A stretch of 64,000 nt of DNA, taken from Cyanidioschyzon merolae. Taxonomy: Eukaryota. Position numbers and translations under genes: made by a program. Location: assembly GCA_000091205.1 (NCBI GenBank), contig AP006488.2; one strand, written 5' to 3'. Below the pieces are notes generated by a model that did no database searches, had not been told where the DNA came from, and worked only from the letters and a program-made list of their open reading frames with translations. Below are positions 24,213-35,336 of the stretch, piece by piece; within the stretch, counting starts at the first letter, position 1; each line of letters opens with the position of its first letter.

Positions 24213-24326
24213 GATGCAACGAAAGTGGCTAAGCGCATTGACGTCGACTGCGAACAGGCGCAGTGGAACATCTTCGATTCCTTAGAGCTGCTCCTCTTTG
24301 CTGGGGCGCTGCGAAGGGGTTACACG

Positions 24327-24824
24327 ACAATGCTGCTGCATCTGAGATGCTTGTGGCAAGCAGCATCTCGTGTACCGGAGCAGAAAGTCTCCGCGGCCAG
24401 TTTCAAACGGTTGCTGTCCACAGGAAGTTTTGCTAAAGAGTCTGCTGCATCGGGGACTGAAACCATGCGAGGCGCCGGAGGCTTCTCTCTTTCAGTCACA
24501 GAAGAGTGCGTGAGGCGATTGAGGGAACTTGCCACGCGTGCACCGAAGCACTTGCCTTTTGCGCTGCGGGTTACAGTCAACAGCGGGGGCTGTGCAGGTT
24601 TCCAGTACGAGTTTAAGCTTGAACACAGTGGACCCGCAGCGGAGGACGTTGTTTTCGAGAAAGACGGCGTTCGCGTTTATGTGGACGCGATCAGTGCTCC
24701 GTTGCTTTCTGGCGCAACAATCGACTATGAAGATGAGCTCATACGGTCAGCATTCAAGGTAGAGGGGAATCCTAACGCCGAAGCAAACTGCAGCTGCGGA
24801 ACAAGCTTTGCGCCCCGTTTTTAA
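24327..24824 (+). CDS. ISCA: Iron-sulfur cluster assembly protein, IscA/HesB family (A-type carrier). Likely mitochondrial or plastid. The ORF is open from 24225.
   Basis: FALRVTVNSGGCAGFQYEFKLE ... VRVYVDAISAPLLSGATIDYEDELIRSAFKVEGNPNAEANCSCGTSFA gives the three cysteine ligands in the canonical C-x-many-C-x-C-G-x-SF arrangement. Confidence 0.85.
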   Translation, partial: TMLLHLRCLWQAASRVPEQKVSAASFKRLLSTGSFAKESAASGTETMRGAGGFSLSVTEECVRRLRELATRAPKHLPFALRVTVNSGGCAGFQYEFKLEHSGPAAEDVVFEKDGVRVYVDAISAPLLSGATIDYEDELIRSAFKVEGNPNAEANCSCGTSFAPRF

Positions 24825-25539
24825 CGTGTTTCAGGAAAATATCGTTCGAAACAATCGAGTCGCTGAACTTCCATGCGACGTGGCATGAGCCGTCTTCATA
24901 GTCGCTGTACGTATCCCGCGTGTCGGCTATTGAAGTCTTCAGCTCTACATGGATGTTGCGACGCAGCTGCTTTGGCTTATGGCAATGGGGTCCCTTCAAT
25001 CGTCGAAGTTGTCGTCAACCAAATCGCTCTGACCCACAACCAGCTTCTTTCCGATTGCAAATTATGCGCTGAGACAGCATAGAGTCTTAGAAGAACTCTT
25101 GATAAGCATATTCAATTTCGACGAAAGGGCTGAGCGCCTGCGTTGGCCATCAAGCGCTGAGGTCAACAAGGCTGGGTACCATTGAGGCACCTGACAGATT
25201 CACTCGCACGGGCTTTTTGCTATCCTTGCTTTCAAAAGGAAGACTTTTAGAAGGGTCCACACGTTGATCCAGTAGAACTAGGACTCGCATTCGTCTGTTG
25301 GAGGAGAACACCTACAAGCAAGGAAAGCCCTCCAGTCTGCGTAGTTCCCTGTTCTGCTTTGCAGGCCCATTTTGTATGCTGTTGTAAATTTGTCCATAAT
25401 ACCATGGAACCATGCTTGCGCATATACAGAAAGCTAATGAAGCTGGCGCATAGCACCTTTGCTCCACATTAGTACTGTTCAGGGGTCGCAGCATTTGCTA
25501 TGACGTAGCGGCGTCGCTCAAGCGCGTTCGCCTGCAATC

Positions 25540-26640
25540 GGAGCCACTGCAACGCTGCAGACATCGCTGCAACATGGATAAGGGCGCTCGGCGAAGCTCA
25601 TAGCGTCTTTCAACTCAATCCGGTAACACCCGGCAGCGGTTTATAGCAAGAGATCTAAATGTCTGTGAAGTGTACCGTACAGATCACAAACGATTTGCCT
25701 GTGAGACATATTCTTCCGGAAAAGTGCATGGAGGACTGCATTGCTCGTTCAGGTCCGTCATACCAGAGTACTCAGATGGTAGAGGAACACTGAAAGAAAC
25801 AAAGATATACATGCTGTGCCAAAAACCGATGTCCTCAAAGACTGCTTGCGGTCCATGGTAGAAAGCGACCGGTCGATCAACTTACGGTTAGCAGCTGCCA
25901 CGATGGTAGCCACCACGGGAGTCGATGCTTCTCACCAGCTTGTTCGTGTGGTCCTGAAAACACTGGGGTGCAGTCGCCGAAAAGAGTCCTAATTCACGCA
26001 CGACTATCTTCGATTGAAAACGCAACGACACCGTTCTGAAAACTTAGCGATCAGCACGAAGCACATGGACGTCGATTTGTTCTTTCAGTTAATGAGAATT
26101 GCTTCCGACGAGACTGTCGCTGCCTATGTGAGTTTTCGCGGAGAGTGAGCCCATTGCATGTACGATCGAGCTCGTGGAGAACGACGACATGTTCATCTTT
26201 TCTAGCTGCAGTATATTCATTTTGCGGCCTCGGTTTCGCTCACAGAGGAGGCTCATACAACAGCACCAACCAGTTCGTCAAATCGTTGGAGAAAGTTCTC
26301 TAACGTCTCGCGACGACCCTCCACCGGAAATTGTGATGTCTCAGCATCCTTCCTGCATTCGAGCCTTTGCCGATGCTATCGGGTAGAGCTGCCCGTTTAA
26401 AATGGTATCGCACCAGAAACAGGGTCTCGTCTCCAGCACCGCACATGGTCTGGTATTCAAAGCAGCGTTAAACTCGCGGCCTACAAACTGCTTGCATGCA
26501 TTGACGTTATTGGAATGCATCAATGCGAGGATTCCTCGAACTCCTGCCCTCCGTGCCACCAGTGTGTCGTTATAGTTCCCTCGGGCATATACTTTTCTCG
26601 TCTACCTCCTTCTTCTTCAGCTTTTTCGTCACTTCCTCTT
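25540..26640 (+). repeat. Dispersed repeat family R2, copy 3 (boundaries approximate)
   Basis: Collinear with copies 1 and 2: caagagatctaaatg, agagtactcagatggtag, gatggtagccaccacgggagtc, tcaccagcttgttcgtgtggtcctgaaaacactggggtgcagtcgccgaaaagagtcctaattc, gagaacgacgacatgttcatcttttctagctgcagtatattcatt, gctcatacaacagcaccaaccagttcgtcaaatcgttggagaa, cctccttcttcttcag. Confidence 0.55.
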
Positions 26641-26939
26641 CATCGCTCGATGGTCGGCGAGAGGAGGTTTTTTCGTTCTTTCCCAGCAACCGACGATGAC
26701 AGGCCTCCTGGATCCTCGAATTCCATGTTCATTCCTATCCGGCGGATTTTATATTTCTTCAAAATGAACGCACTTCGTTATGCTCATAGGCAAGGACCTG
26801 CCCAGACGGAGACGGACTTGCGAAGAAAGACAAAATGTCCTCCCATGTCGCCGGGTGCTGAACGCTTCAGCGATTCACACAGTAGAGCGATCATAATTTA
26901 TCTCGATAGAAAACACTCCTTCGATGCGGTTCAAACACG

Positions 26940-27150
26940 AAGCGTACGGAGGAATGAAATACACTTCAACCCTCCGAGAGATTCTGCAAAAGCTCGAACG
27001 CAAGGGTAAAAGTGGAACACCATGTTGTCCACTGGAGGAACGTCGAAAGACGTCGGGTGAATGTCTTCAACGATTCGTTTTAGAGGGTGTTGTTGTTCTA
27101 TGAGCCTTCTCTTCGAGTGAAACTCAGGCCGCCATGTGAATCTCAACTGT
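26940..27150 (-). repeat. R2 repeat fragment in inverted orientation relative to copy 3
   Basis: The reverse complement of 26940-27150 (ggcctgagtttcactcgaagagaaggctcatagaacaacaacaccctctaaaacgaatcgttgaagac...ccttgcgttcgagcttttgcagaatc) aligns to copy-3 positions ~26222-26390 (ggcctcggtttcgctcacagaggaggctcatacaacagcaccaaccagttcgtcaaatcgttggagaa...ccttcctgcattcgagcctttgccgatgc). Confidence 0.55.
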
Positions 27151-27612
27151 TAGAACAATTGATACCCTTGCTCGCTTCGAGTTCACCACAAGCTGTTGGT
27201 AAACAGAGACGCCAGTGGTGGCTACTAACGTCGCTTTTGCTTTCTGCGTGGTGATCGACAAGTCGTTTTCTACCATTTGCCGAAAAGACGCTCTAAAAAT
27301 ATCGGATTTGGCACTGGGCGCAAATAATTGTTTCCTTCAGTGTTCTTGAACAATCTCAGTACAGTGGTTCTTCCGAACTGAACGAGGAATGCTGGCCTCT
27401 ATGCGCTGTTTAGTTAAGAATATATCCTACAGGAAATTAATCCATGAGCTATAGGGTATATTGCATAGTGATGTAGATCTTCTGCTCTATACTGCAAGAA
27501 AGCATTCGATTGGACACAGCGAGGAAAAATAGAATCGTATTGCACAGCGGCAAGGAGGATTCTCAGTCTTAGGCACTGTTTACGCGTGGGGACTCCAACT
27601 TCGGTGTGAAGG

Positions 27613-28278
27613 ATGGAGCGCGCTGTACTCTATTCATATTGGAGGTCATCATCTTCATACCGAGTGCGCATTGTACTAAACCTGAAAAAGGTGGACTACG
27701 AGTACCGCCCTATAAACCTTCTGAAGCTCTCGCAGGGCGAGCAACCGCCTGCAGAGTTTCTGCGCTTGAACCCTGGAGGCCAAGTGCCTACGCTTTTGAT
27801 TGATGGTCACGTACTCACGCAGTCCGTTGCAATTTGCGAATATCTCGAGGAAGCAGTAACTGGGGGTGTGAAGCTTCTGCCTGAGGACCCCGCTCAACGT
27901 GCTCAAGTCAGGCGCGTTGTGGAGATTGTGAACTCTGGCATACAGCCGCTCCATAATAGTGCAGTACTTGACTACCTTAGCTCAAAATTCGGTGACGCCG
28001 CCAGAACAGAGTGGTCGAAGCATTGGATCCATAAGGGGCTGATCCAACTAGAGACGATATTGCAACACTCTGTAGGGCAAGGGCCGTACAGTTTCGGGAA
28101 ACAGCTGACACTCGCTGACGCGTTTCTTGTACCACAGATCGGTCATGCTGAGCGTTTCGGCGTCAACATGGAGGAGTTCCCCACATTGCGAAAAATATAC
28201 CATACTTTGATAGAACTGCCGGAGTTCGCTGCTGCGCATCCATCACGACAGCCGGACGCAGAAGAACATCTCGCTTAA
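27613..28278 (+). CDS. GSTZ: Glutathione S-transferase zeta class / maleylacetoacetate isomerase
   Basis: The N-terminus AVLYSYWRSSSSYRVRIVLNLKKVDYEY...INLL matches the zeta-class signature (SSCS[WY]RVRIAL). The GST N-domain is GQVPTLLIDGHVLTQSVAICEYLEE. Length is 221 aa. Confidence 0.85.
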   Translation: MERAVLYSYWRSSSSYRVRIVLNLKKVDYEYRPINLLKLSQGEQPPAEFLRLNPGGQVPTLLIDGHVLTQSVAICEYLEEAVTGGVKLLPEDPAQRAQVRRVVEIVNSGIQPLHNSAVLDYLSSKFGDAARTEWSKHWIHKGLIQLETILQHSVGQGPYSFGKQLTLADAFLVPQIGHAERFGVNMEEFPTLRKIYHTLIELPEFAAAHPSRQPDAEEHLA

Positions 28279-28887
28279 TCGCGCCGTCAAACTCATTTTA
28301 CTCGATTTATCGAAACTGTCCGAATAGCTGGAGGCAGAGCGTGTGTCTACCGGGCAAAGGACAAAGGAGCTGCCTTGTGACAACAAGAACCAAATACATC
28401 TGCTTCACGTGAAAAATTCAGCTCCGCAACGACCTCTCCATGCGTCTTGCGGAGCGTCTTCCCTTTGTAACCCAAGCCTGCTATGCGGCGGACCGATGCT
28501 ACTGCGGTAACTTGAGTGACGGAAAGGCATGTTAACGTATAAGGAGGAACGGTTTGCGCACTACACTGCTGGTGGGGACAAAGATTGCGATAAGGCTTTT
28601 CAAAAAGCGAACCTTTAGCACGAGTTTCGGCCGCTTCGACTCTTTCAAAGGATCGTAGGCGTCTTCTTGCACGCCAACGCGGCCAAATGATAGCCATATC
28701 TTGGAAATGCTCACATACCAAAGGGTGCCCACCACCTCGCCGAGAACTTCCAGAGATCTCCTAGAGCAACCGCTTCACCCGCCTGCGGCCTCAGCAGTGT
28801 CGATCTCATTCGCAGTGCTGCACAAGCTGCCGGACGGCTTTACGGTCGTATAAACTGCGGTTTCTGTTTCTCGCGCATAGTCTCTGT

Positions 28888-31800
28888 TTACCTCTTAGGG
28901 TCGCGAGAGATAAGGAATACATCCAGCTGAGCATCTGACGCAAACTTTCGCAGCGCAACTGACTTGAAGATGTGTCCGCTCCAGACTGCAAAGTCTGACG
29001 GTATTTTCGATGTATCGACACATGCGAGCGAACTATAAGCGTTGTTCTTGGGAACCAGAACCTCGCCGCGCACACCATGCTCGCAAGGAACGATCGCTAG
29101 AGTATCCGCGGCGAGCAGGAGAGATTCTTCCTTCTGGACATAATCGTTGGTTTGCGGAGGCCGCTGCGCGGCCGTAATATTCAGCGCAGTCAAGCCAGTG
29201 CGTTGCCCTCCATCTCCGTTATCTAGGGTGCGCCAGAAGAGGCACACAAACAAGTCGTCGAGATCAAAAGGTTTTCTCGTTGTTCCCGGCTCACTTGGGA
29301 ATATTTCAGGAAGGAATACCTCGAAATCTGTACCGGAGACGAAGCTCAAGAGCTCCGGATCATCACCGCTGTGGCTCGTCTCAGGTTTTGAATGTAGCAG
29401 CAGATTTGCCTTGTCATACTGCTGCAGTGCAAGTTTCGGAGATGCGAAAGTGAACAATGGCTCGTACCAAAGATACTGTCCTCGATGGCAAGCGTGCAGA
29501 TGTTGAATTTCTAGTGTCATTCCGTTTGGATTGACGTTTTGAATCTGTAGCCCGATAATGGTACCATCACAGTTTCCATAAGAAACAGCGGATCCTTGTC
29601 CTGTGATGGAACTTGGGCTGGTCGTCTCCAAAGCTAAGTGCTCAAGGTGGCATGGTAGAACGCTAACCGAGTCTTCAGCAAGGACCCCAATTCTGACAGG
29701 CAACAGCTTTGACCTGCGAGCCGTTGGTGTTTCAGAGGTCGAAAAAATCAGAAGTCGAAGAAAACGTGGAGCTATCCTCAAGTCCATACTCCGTTCGGAT
29801 ATATGGTGACGACACCAGAGCGCAACCTTGAATTCGAGGGAGTCGCCATGCTGCAACGTGCATCGAACTGAAACCACGCGGCGACCATGCTGTACAGTGA
29901 CCTCCGTGCTTGATGACGTGCACTGCATGACGCGCATCGACAGGTCAGACTCTGGGCTCCAGCTCAGAGATATGTTGTGAATATCCACCAGTGAAGAATT
30001 CGCAAGCGTTATGCTTGTGTGCCAAATCTCGCCGTTCATCACAGTTTTCGGAATCAGCGGAGTGTTCAAAGTAAGAAGAGGTGCAGGCGGACCAACCTCA
30101 ACTGCTAGGTGACCGCACGATTCGCGTGAAGATGCCCCCAAACCTTTCCTCAAATCCTTTGAATTCATGGCTTTTGGCGATTCATTAAGCTCGTAAAACG
30201 CGTAGCATATTAGACTAGGCTCGAAGAGAGGCGAATGCACCCTCCAGCTGATGCCCTCGACCTCGAATGCCCCGCTCTCTGATATTGCAAATACGCCACG
30301 TAGAAGCCCGTCACTGTTGTGTGAGATGCGGACGGTCTCTGCGGTCTCTACTGGCACACAAAGTCTCGCTGAAGATCCAGATTCACGCAGTAAATGATTC
30401 ATAGAAACTCTACGCATTCGGAGTATGATATCGTCCAGCTCGATTGGCGCTCGCAGCGGATTCTCCAGCCGACACGTTACGACAATTTTTTCTCCAGCGG
30501 AGACCCGGAGCATGCCGTGGACGTGGCGCTCCTGTCCGCCAAGCAAATCCATCACAGTATCGAGAGAAGTGAGCTCTGCATCCCAATGCTGTTGATCAAT
30601 ACTGGCTCCAGCCGCTTCCAATGTGCGCTGTGCTTCGCGGAATGCATCCAGTGCTCCCCACATTGCCTTCCACTCACTCAATTGTGGAGACTCGAGAATG
30701 CGGTTTTCCTCCGCAAAAACGATGCTTCGATGATCAAGAAGCGGGAAACGACAGCTAGATGCTCGAGTTGCTTCACCGAGAGCCGATGCGACTAACACGG
30801 TTTCCCGAAGGACAGCGATATCGTCAACCCTTGAGGGCTTCAAATCCGAGAGAAAGGCTGTGTAACGTTGGTATGCATCGGAAATGTTTCCGCACATCCA
30901 CGCGGTGCGTCCAGTGCAAAGATTCACGTACGCTTCTATCCAGGACCAAGATTTTTTTGCCAAGTGATCGCAAATCCGGGCGAACAATCTATGCCCCTCG
31001 TCAAAAAATTTCGCAGCGGTGAAACACTCCGCCGCCATAGAGAGGCACATCTGACATGTACGATGGCGTCGCGGTCGTCGCAGGACTCTGAAGCATTCTC
31101 CAGCGAGCTCCAAGCAGGCAGCTGTACACAATTTGCGCAAACGTCCCAGTGCATTTGGAGCTTTGCGCAACCAGTCTATTTCGGGTAGACTTTCTTCTAG
31201 AAGCAAATCCGCCGCACGTGATAGATTATTGTATTCGATGCAGGTGGTTGCCAACAGAGTAAGCGTTCTTACCGCATCTAGAAACCTTCCAGCATTTCGG
31301 TAGTTTTCCGTTGCATGTTGTAAGAGTTCCATTACTTCCAAACTTTCGTTGGAACCTTTGAGGATAAGCGCGATCGCTTGGCATTCAGAAGCAGCCGCTG
31401 AATATATCAAACTGTGATCGGCCCTGAAATCCGATGAGAGCATTCGAAAGACGGCTAGCGCCTCTGAATATTTCTCCTGAGCAACGAGCATATACCCTAA
31501 GAAAAAAGCTCTCATTTCAGCCGAATTCCATAAATAGATATAAGGCATAACGCGGGGACTAAGTCCCAGTCGATGACCAGGGATGACCCCTTCGCGAGTC
31601 TTTGACTGTCCGGAAGAGAACCAGGCTCTGAACTGGTTGCGGACGATTCTTCCCGCGCGATCTCTTTGATCCACGCGTGACTCGATTTCACTCTGAATAA
31701 TCGAATGAATCCATCGCCCGAAATAAAGTGAAATATATTCACGAAGATCCGCAGATCTCGACCATTCTGCAGCATCCACCATAATTCGGGTGCCCCGTGA

Positions 31801-32655
31801 TCCATCTTGAGTGCTGAACTCTATTTCAGTCCGCTTCATGCCATCGCTACCGGCTGATGATTCCGCAGAAATTTCCAAAATGAATAGAGGTCGTCGTGAA
31901 TCCAGCGTACCTGTATGAAAGCGACAACCCGAAGCATCGTCACGAAGAAGACAATTTAAAATGTCATCTTCGGAGTCATTCACGCTCGCAAACACGACCT
32001 GGGCGATGGGATGATCAAAAATGAAGTGCGGTAATCCAAATGGCGCTAGACTCAGTACACTGAGGATCAACGATGACGCATTGCCCAGAGACAGCTGCTC
32101 GCGTTTTTGCTTTCGCAACGCCGCTTGCCAGCACCGAAGTACATCTCGAGGCGGCAGAGCACCGGAGGAAATGGGGCTGTTCCAAGCAAGCGCGTTATGA
32201 GACTCGGAGGAAGGGTCGTCTTCCCTCAAATTTAAGTACTGCACAGCGTCATGAACACTTAGAAAGCGAAGAAACGGTGTCGGCGTTGCCCTCGAGTCTT
32301 CCGACCCTGCCTTCGAGAGATTCGTTTGTTTATCGGTTTCCGTCAAGGAGACACCAAAGATTCGCGGTGCAGCCTGAACTGCAAGCTCAGCAATAGAAAC
32401 ACTGCCCAATGAACGCGCATCGACAAGCTCATTTCTCTGAAACAGCTCGGCGAAAAGCCTCTCAAGCAGAGTTTCCACGCCTGGCGTTGCAGCGACCAGA
32501 ACCAAGGGCGCTGTGCGGAGCTTGAGAAAGCTCTGCAGAGATTCGGACAACATTAGGTGCTCGAATTTCAAGAAATAATTCACTTCATGAAGGAGCACAA
32601 CAACGTATTCTATAGCTTTGCTAGGAACAGTTTGACTATGTTTGGTTAACGGCAC
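28888..32655 (-). CDS. Large conserved protein, tentatively a TRAPP complex subunit of the TRAPPC11 (foie gras/Gryzun) type
   Basis: A 1255-aa uninterrupted ORF. The N-terminal region EYVVVLLHEVNYF...APLVLVAAT and a block MRAFFLGYMLVAQEKYSEALAVFRMLS resemble the TRAPPC11 foie-gras domain (ALVVVFYELDW...; [23 protein letters not shown]). This rests on memory-based comparison only. Confidence 0.4.
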   Translation of the reverse strand: MPLTKHSQTVPSKAIEYVVVLLHEVNYFLKFEHLMLSESLQSFLKLRTAPLVLVAATPGVETLLERLFAELFQRNELVDARSLGSVSIAELAVQAAPRIFGVSLTETDKQTNLSKAGSEDSRATPTPFLRFLSVHDAVQYLNLREDDPSSESHNALAWNSPISSGALPPRDVLRCWQAALRKQKREQLSLGNASSLILSVLSLAPFGLPHFIFDHPIAQVVFASVNDSEDDILNCLLRDDASGCRFHTGTLDSRRPLFILEISAESSAGSDGMKRTEIEFSTQDGSRGTRIMVDAAEWSRSADLREYISLYFGRWIHSIIQSEIESRVDQRDRAGRIVRNQFRAWFSSGQSKTREGVIPGHRLGLSPRVMPYIYLWNSAEMRAFFLGYMLVAQEKYSEALAVFRMLSSDFRADHSLIYSAAASECQAIALILKGSNESLEVMELLQHATENYRNAGRFLDAVRTLTLLATTCIEYNNLSRAADLLLEESLPEIDWLRKAPNALGRLRKLCTAACLELAGECFRVLRRPRRHRTCQMCLSMAAECFTAAKFFDEGHRLFARICDHLAKKSWSWIEAYVNLCTGRTAWMCGNISDAYQRYTAFLSDLKPSRVDDIAVLRETVLVASALGEATRASSCRFPLLDHRSIVFAEENRILESPQLSEWKAMWGALDAFREAQRTLEAAGASIDQQHWDAELTSLDTVMDLLGGQERHVHGMLRVSAGEKIVVTCRLENPLRAPIELDDIILRMRRVSMNHLLRESGSSARLCVPVETAETVRISHNSDGLLRGVFAISESGAFEVEGISWRVHSPLFEPSLICYAFYELNESPKAMNSKDLRKGLGASSRESCGHLAVEVGPPAPLLTLNTPLIPKTVMNGEIWHTSITLANSSLVDIHNISLSWSPESDLSMRVMQCTSSSTEVTVQHGRRVVSVRCTLQHGDSLEFKVALWCRHHISERSMDLRIAPRFLRLLIFSTSETPTARRSKLLPVRIGVLAEDSVSVLPCHLEHLALETTSPSSITGQGSAVSYGNCDGTIIGLQIQNVNPNGMTLEIQHLHACHRGQYLWYEPLFTFASPKLALQQYDKANLLLHSKPETSHSGDDPELLSFVSGTDFEVFLPEIFPSEPGTTRKPFDLDDLFVCLFWRTLDNGDGGQRTGLTALNITAAQRPPQTNDYVQKEESLLLAADTLAIVPCEHGVRGEVLVPKNNAYSSLACVDTSKIPSDFAVWSGHIFKSVALRKFASDAQLDVFLISRDPKR

Positions 32656-35336
32656 CGGTGGCGCTTGAATCCCATGGATTAAAGTGGTATATGGCCGCTA
32701 CACCCATCTCCGACTTTAATGGGACACTGCAGAGTTCGTTTTGTTCCTGCCTTTTGGTTTTGCTCAGAATATTTTTAGAAGAGCAGCCTCTAAATTCCAA
32801 ATGCAGCAATGTAGGTGTAGAGGTTTATGCGAATGTATTAAGATTCTTTGTGGTCTTTTCGGAATGGCTTCTTCAACATATTTGCGGTGGATTTCGTTGC
32901 GCTACAGGGAACAAGATGATTTGGGACGCACTCGAATAGGAGTTTCCAGAATAATAGATATCCCTGTTCAAAACATAAGCATAAGTCTCTAGTTTCTCTG
33001 ATCCGTAAGCGTAGGACGCTCAAATCACGCATTCTTCAAGTTTTCGATCATTCTGTCCCTATGACAACTCGCGGGCGCTGCAAATGTGAACGCTGAATTT
33101 ATGAGGAAACAGAGACTCGACGACGCCCCATGAGAAGTTGTTCGCAAATTCGTGCCGAACCTTCACTGCATTTGTTATGTCAATAATCCATTTCAAATGA
33201 AAGACGAAATCTTACGCCCTTTTTGGCCCTTAACGCCACGGAATTCGACGGCAACATGACAACAATCACAGGATGTGCTTCCAGAGGCTACCGTCCCTTC
33301 TGTTTGAATAAAAAAGCGCCATTGACTCGGACTTGGGTCATCGCGGCAATCGTTTTCAGTGGAGATAGCGACAGCGTTTGCATGAAGGAAACGTATACAG
33401 ATAGATATTTTTCGACTTATCTGCGCTCTATTTTCATTCCGGTTTTCGTTTCATTTAGGGTGACGTCGCGCTCCTAGAATACTTTTCCGAGTGTGAAATC
33501 GCGCGTTTGCGTCTGCGGCCAAGAGAGTTCCTGCGGAGAGCATCGCCCAGAAGAAGCGCGTGCTCGTAAAGTACGCTATCGGGCCTGGAAACAGAGGGAG
33601 CGTTGAGGCAATCCTCATGCACCCCTCAAGAGCAAATACGGAACAATGAAGCCAGCCTTGATGCTCTGCGGGGCGGTGCTCTGACGAAAGCTGTGGTGAA
33701 TCTGTGGGATAACCTCACCGCAGACATCAATCATCGCTGCGAAAGGCGCATCGAGGGTGTGTTCGCGGAATATGAACAAGGCCAGCGAAGCAGAGATCGC
33801 CATTCCCGCTTGTGCGTGAAGCGCATCGGCGAAAGCCGCTAGCTTCGAAATCGGTAATTAAACGCTGCTATCAACATCCTTCGACTACGGACATTAGATG
33901 TGGAAAGACGGAAAAAGCCAAAGTATTCAGAGCAAGAGTTCTGTGTTGAATAAAACCAAAAAGCGTTCTACGAGCAAAGAATTCAAATAAACACCCTGTC
34001 GCAGACGCCTCCAAGCCCTTTTTCCATCGGCCGCCTGCTATAAGTTCCAGTTTTTTCCCAAGCGCACCTCGAGCCTGAGAGGTTGCCCCTTGAAGCGGGA
34101 TCGCGTCAGCTCTGCGGGTCTCGTCTTCAGCACCGAAAATCATCTGATATTGACGCGGCGCTGATGTCTCGGTTCACGAACTCCTCGCGTTTATTGCCGT
34201 TGATGAAACGAGCCAATGCAAAGATTGCGCATATTCGTGCCTTCTGTCCGAAAACAGTCTCGTCATCATTCCGTCAGGCAAGCACCTTCTTTCGTCTATC
34301 TCTTCTCCTCTTATTTGCCTCGTCACTTGCCCTGCTTCGCTCGATGATCAGCGACGGAAGCACTGTTTTCGTTTTTTGTCGAATCCGGGAAGGAGGGGAC
34401 TCCAGAATTCTCGACCTCACTGTCCATACCTCCCACCTGGCTTTATAATTCTCAAAGTGAGCACTTTGAAGGCCCATGCTTTAAACCGCGAAAAAGCATT
34501 TTTTTCAACACACATTGGGGCGGGGCACGATTGAGGTCAAAGTCTTTAAGAGGTAGCTCCGAGTTCGCAAAGGGGGAACTCGGTGGATTCTTTGCCAAGC
34601 GATGCACAGTGCTCTGTGGTCGGAGCACGATGCCTTGCTGCTAGCAAAATTTCCGGCCACAGCAAAACCAAGATCATTTCAGCTCCTCTCCGAACACTTT
34701 TGCACTCTCAAAAGATCACCGATTCTTTCAATCTTTGTAACAGGTGAGAATCTATTACGAAATTAAATATTACTAATAGGGTAAAAGATATTCTGGAAGC
34801 TCGGCCCACACGTCTAATCACATCGATCGCTCATTGTGTCACAATCGAGTTGTCCTAGCGAAGCTAATGAGGGATATTCGAGAATGTCTCACGCTGAAAC
34901 ATCTTCGAGTTCAAGTTCTTCAGGAGCCGAGGGCATTCGGCATTCAACAAAAGCGGTTCTGAGCGAAGAATATATTTAAGTTGCTTTTCAACGTGCGACG
35001 GGGGCTATGCTCGAACAAAAATCGGACTCGTCTAGACTGTACGAAACTCGCCAAGGGTATGCGTTATCTATCGAGTCTTTCGTTTCTCGGGCATCTTCTA
35101 GTGGCGGATACATCGCGAAACTGCATCTATCTGGAGCATGTAGCAATATCCTCACTTTTCAAGCAAACAAAACTGGCTATTGTCTCATTTCCTATATTCT
35201 GAACTGGCTGAGCTCGCTCGTGAGTTGCAGTTAGACATGAACTGATTTCCGTAAAGCTGTTGCGCCATGAGTACAAGCGTCATAGGACGCGACGCGAAGC
35301 GGAATAGAGCTTTTACTCCTGTAGAGCTCTGCGTCG

